From Synechococcus sp. (lineage in GTDB: Bacteria > Cyanobacteriota > Cyanobacteriia > Thermostichales > PCC-7336): a DNA stretch of 64,000 nucleotides. Positions 62,225-64,000 of the stretch are shown piece by piece. The stretch lies in assembly GCA_051439605.1 (NCBI GenBank), contig JBFRWN010000077.1, forward strand, positions 1 to 64,000. Direction: 5' to 3'. Both the position numbers and the translations under genes were made by a program. A model generated the notes under the pieces. That model had not been told where the DNA came from and searched no databases. It was given only the letters and a program-made list of their open reading frames with translations. Numbering within the stretch: position 1 is the stretch's first letter; each line of letters begins with the position of its first letter.

Positions 62225-64000
62225 CTAGATTTTCAAATACTTTTGCATCGTCTGAACTGCTGATTTTGACGCCAACCACTCTTCAGCCATCGCAGCATTC
62301 ATCGGGCGATCGAATAGATACCCCTGGCCAAATTCGCAGCCTAGTGCAACGATTTGATCTAGCTCACCATGCTCTTCAATTCCTTCAGCGATGACCTTTA
62401 ATTTCAAGGTGTGTGCCAACGTGGTGATTGCGCGTGTAATCTCGTAACGTGCTGAGGTACTGTCTATCTGGCTAACAAAGCATCGGGGAACTTTTACGAT
62501 ATCCACGGGTAATTGCTGTAAGTAGGCTAGCGATGAATATCCAGTACCAAAATCATCAATACTCAATCGAATTCCTTTGCGTCTAATTGCCATCACCGTC
62601 CGCATCGTTTCTAGAGACCGCTCCATCAGGGTGCTTTCTGTAATTTCTAGATGCAGCCGATTTCCCGCTAGCTTATGTCGATCGAGCACTGAATCAAGCT
62701 TAGTCAAAAAATAAGGATCGAATAATTGCTTCCCAGACAAGTTGACGTTGACGGTCAGCCTATCCGAGTGACTGTAGCAACTCTGCCAATATTGAAGGGT
62801 TCGGCAAACTTCATTTAGCACCCACTCTCCAATCGGTTGAATGAGCTGTGAATCTTCAGCAACCTTGATGAAGTGGCCTGGAGTAATTAATCCTTTCTCA
62901 GGATGATTCCAACGGATTAAGGCTTCAAATCCTGAAAGTTGTCCGGTACGCAATGAAACAATTGGCTGATAGTATAACTCGAACTCTTGGTTGTCCAGTG
63001 CCCTTCTGAGATCGTTTTCTAGGCTCAACGTGCTTAAGGCTTTGTCGTGCATAGAGGCATCAAAAATTTCGAAGCGATCTTTCCCTGCCGCTTTGGCTGC
63101 ATACATTGCCAGATCTGCATCGCGCAGAACATCTAGCGCATCGCGATGACCTTCCCCTCCTAACACAATCCCAATACTGGCAGTGGCAAAAAAAGTACGA
63201 TTGTCTATTTTTAGCGGTTGCCGAAGGATTTGCTGAATACGCTCTGAAAGTACGATGGCGTCTTGCTCTGATTGGATATTTTCAAGCAGAATCGCAAACT
63301 CGTCTCCTCCAAGTCTGGCCAAAGTGCCCTTTAAAGGCATTAGAGTTTGCAAGAGCCGAGAAACTTTCACGAGGAAAAAGTCGCCAGTCATATGTCCATA
63401 ACTATCGTTAATTATTTTAAATCGATCGAAGTCAAGAAAAAGAACAGCAAAGTTAGACGCGATATTTCCACGCATTGTCTCTAGGACTTCTGTTAGCCGC
63501 TTGAGAAAGAAACTGCGATTGGGCAAGTTTGTCAAACCATCGTAACTAGCATCGTGAATTAATTGCCTTGCCATCCAGTTAAACGATGTAGATAAAATTC
63601 TCAGTTCGTGAATATTTCCCCGAGGAACTTCTCGATTCCAATCACCTTTTGAAATATCATGACTGGCGGTGCTCAGCTGTTTAATTGGCTGCACAACCCA
63701 ATGAGCAATGATTATTCCTATAGCCAATGCAACTGCTAATGCCATTAAGCTCAGTTGAGTCGTTGTCCGGGAATTGGCATTGATGCTTGCCATGAAATCA
63801 CTTTCTGGCACCACCACCACAATCCGCCAATTAAGTCCCCATTCATCTCGATAGGGAGTAATTTTTGCCAGATGATGTTCTCCTTTGAACTGAAAATTAA
63901 AATGATAGGTCCCCTCGATCCTCTCAATTGCACCAAATTCTTCTTGAAGATATTCAGTTGCCCCTTTAATCAGGGTATTAGAGCTTTGGGTAGCATCCAT
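62225..64000 (-). CDS. Membrane sensor diguanylate cyclase/phosphodiesterase (sensor-TM-HAMP-GGDEF-EAL), 5' end outside the window
   Basis: W.IVVVVPESDF, HAMP, ARLGGDEF, FEALIRW, DDFGTGYSSL. Confidence 0.93.
   Translation of the reverse strand: MDATQSSNTLIKGATEYLQEEFGAIERIEGTYHFNFQFKGEHHLAKITPYRDEWGLNWRIVVVVPESDFMASINANSRTTTQLSLMALAVALAIGIIIAHWVVQPIKQLSTASHDISKGDWNREVPRGNIHELRILSTSFNWMARQLIHDASYDGLTNLPNRSFFLKRLTEVLETMRGNIASNFAVLFLDFDRFKIINDSYGHMTGDFFLVKVSRLLQTLMPLKGTLARLGGDEFAILLENIQSEQDAIVLSERIQQILRQPLKIDNRTFFATASIGIVLGGEGHRDALDVLRDADLAMYAAKAAGKDRFEIFDASMHDKALSTLSLENDLRRALDNQEFELYYQPIVSLRTGQLSGFEALIRWNHPEKGLITPGHFIKVAEDSQLIQPIGEWVLNEVCRTLQYWQSCYSHSDRLTVNVNLSGKQLFDPYFLTKLDSVLDRHKLAGNRLHLEITESTLMERSLETMRTVMAIRRKGIRLSIDDFGTGYSSLAYLQQLPVDIVKVPRCFVSQIDSTSARYEITRAITTLAHTLKLKVIAEGIEEHGELDQIVALGCEFGQGYLFDRPMNAAMAEEWLASKSAVQTMQKYLKI

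Overview
Chromosomal window from a cyanobacterium: HIP1 octamers (GCGATCGC) are abundant and ycf39, opcA, crtR, desC and type II prx/perR are present. The first ~3.45 kb is an accessory region. It holds the distal end of a decaying integron cassette array (five attC sites, four cassettes), whose first attC is invaded by a group IIC-attC intron visible only as its 5' end. Next come a 164-bp MITE built from an inverted pair of C6/G6 hairpin (REP-like) units, a dead fragment of a second, diverged dapL allele, and a DUF559 nuclease gene bracketed by the same hairpin unit. The rest is mostly housekeeping genes (dapL, ureC, rplU-rpmA, ttcA, hisC, suhB, desC, rnb, opcA, ycf39, cobO, cysH, a gyrA/parC paralog, hisS, crtR, tRNA-Leu(GAG)), a PerR-prx-flavoprotein peroxide locus, and a Klebsiella-type oxidative purine catabolism cluster (amidohydrolase, hpxD, NCS2 permease, hpxO). 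A ~95-bp dispersed repeat occurs five times in intergenic regions; only the copy upstream of hpxD carries a consensus NtcA-type promoter. All calls come from reading the sequence and ORF track by eye; no database searches were run.
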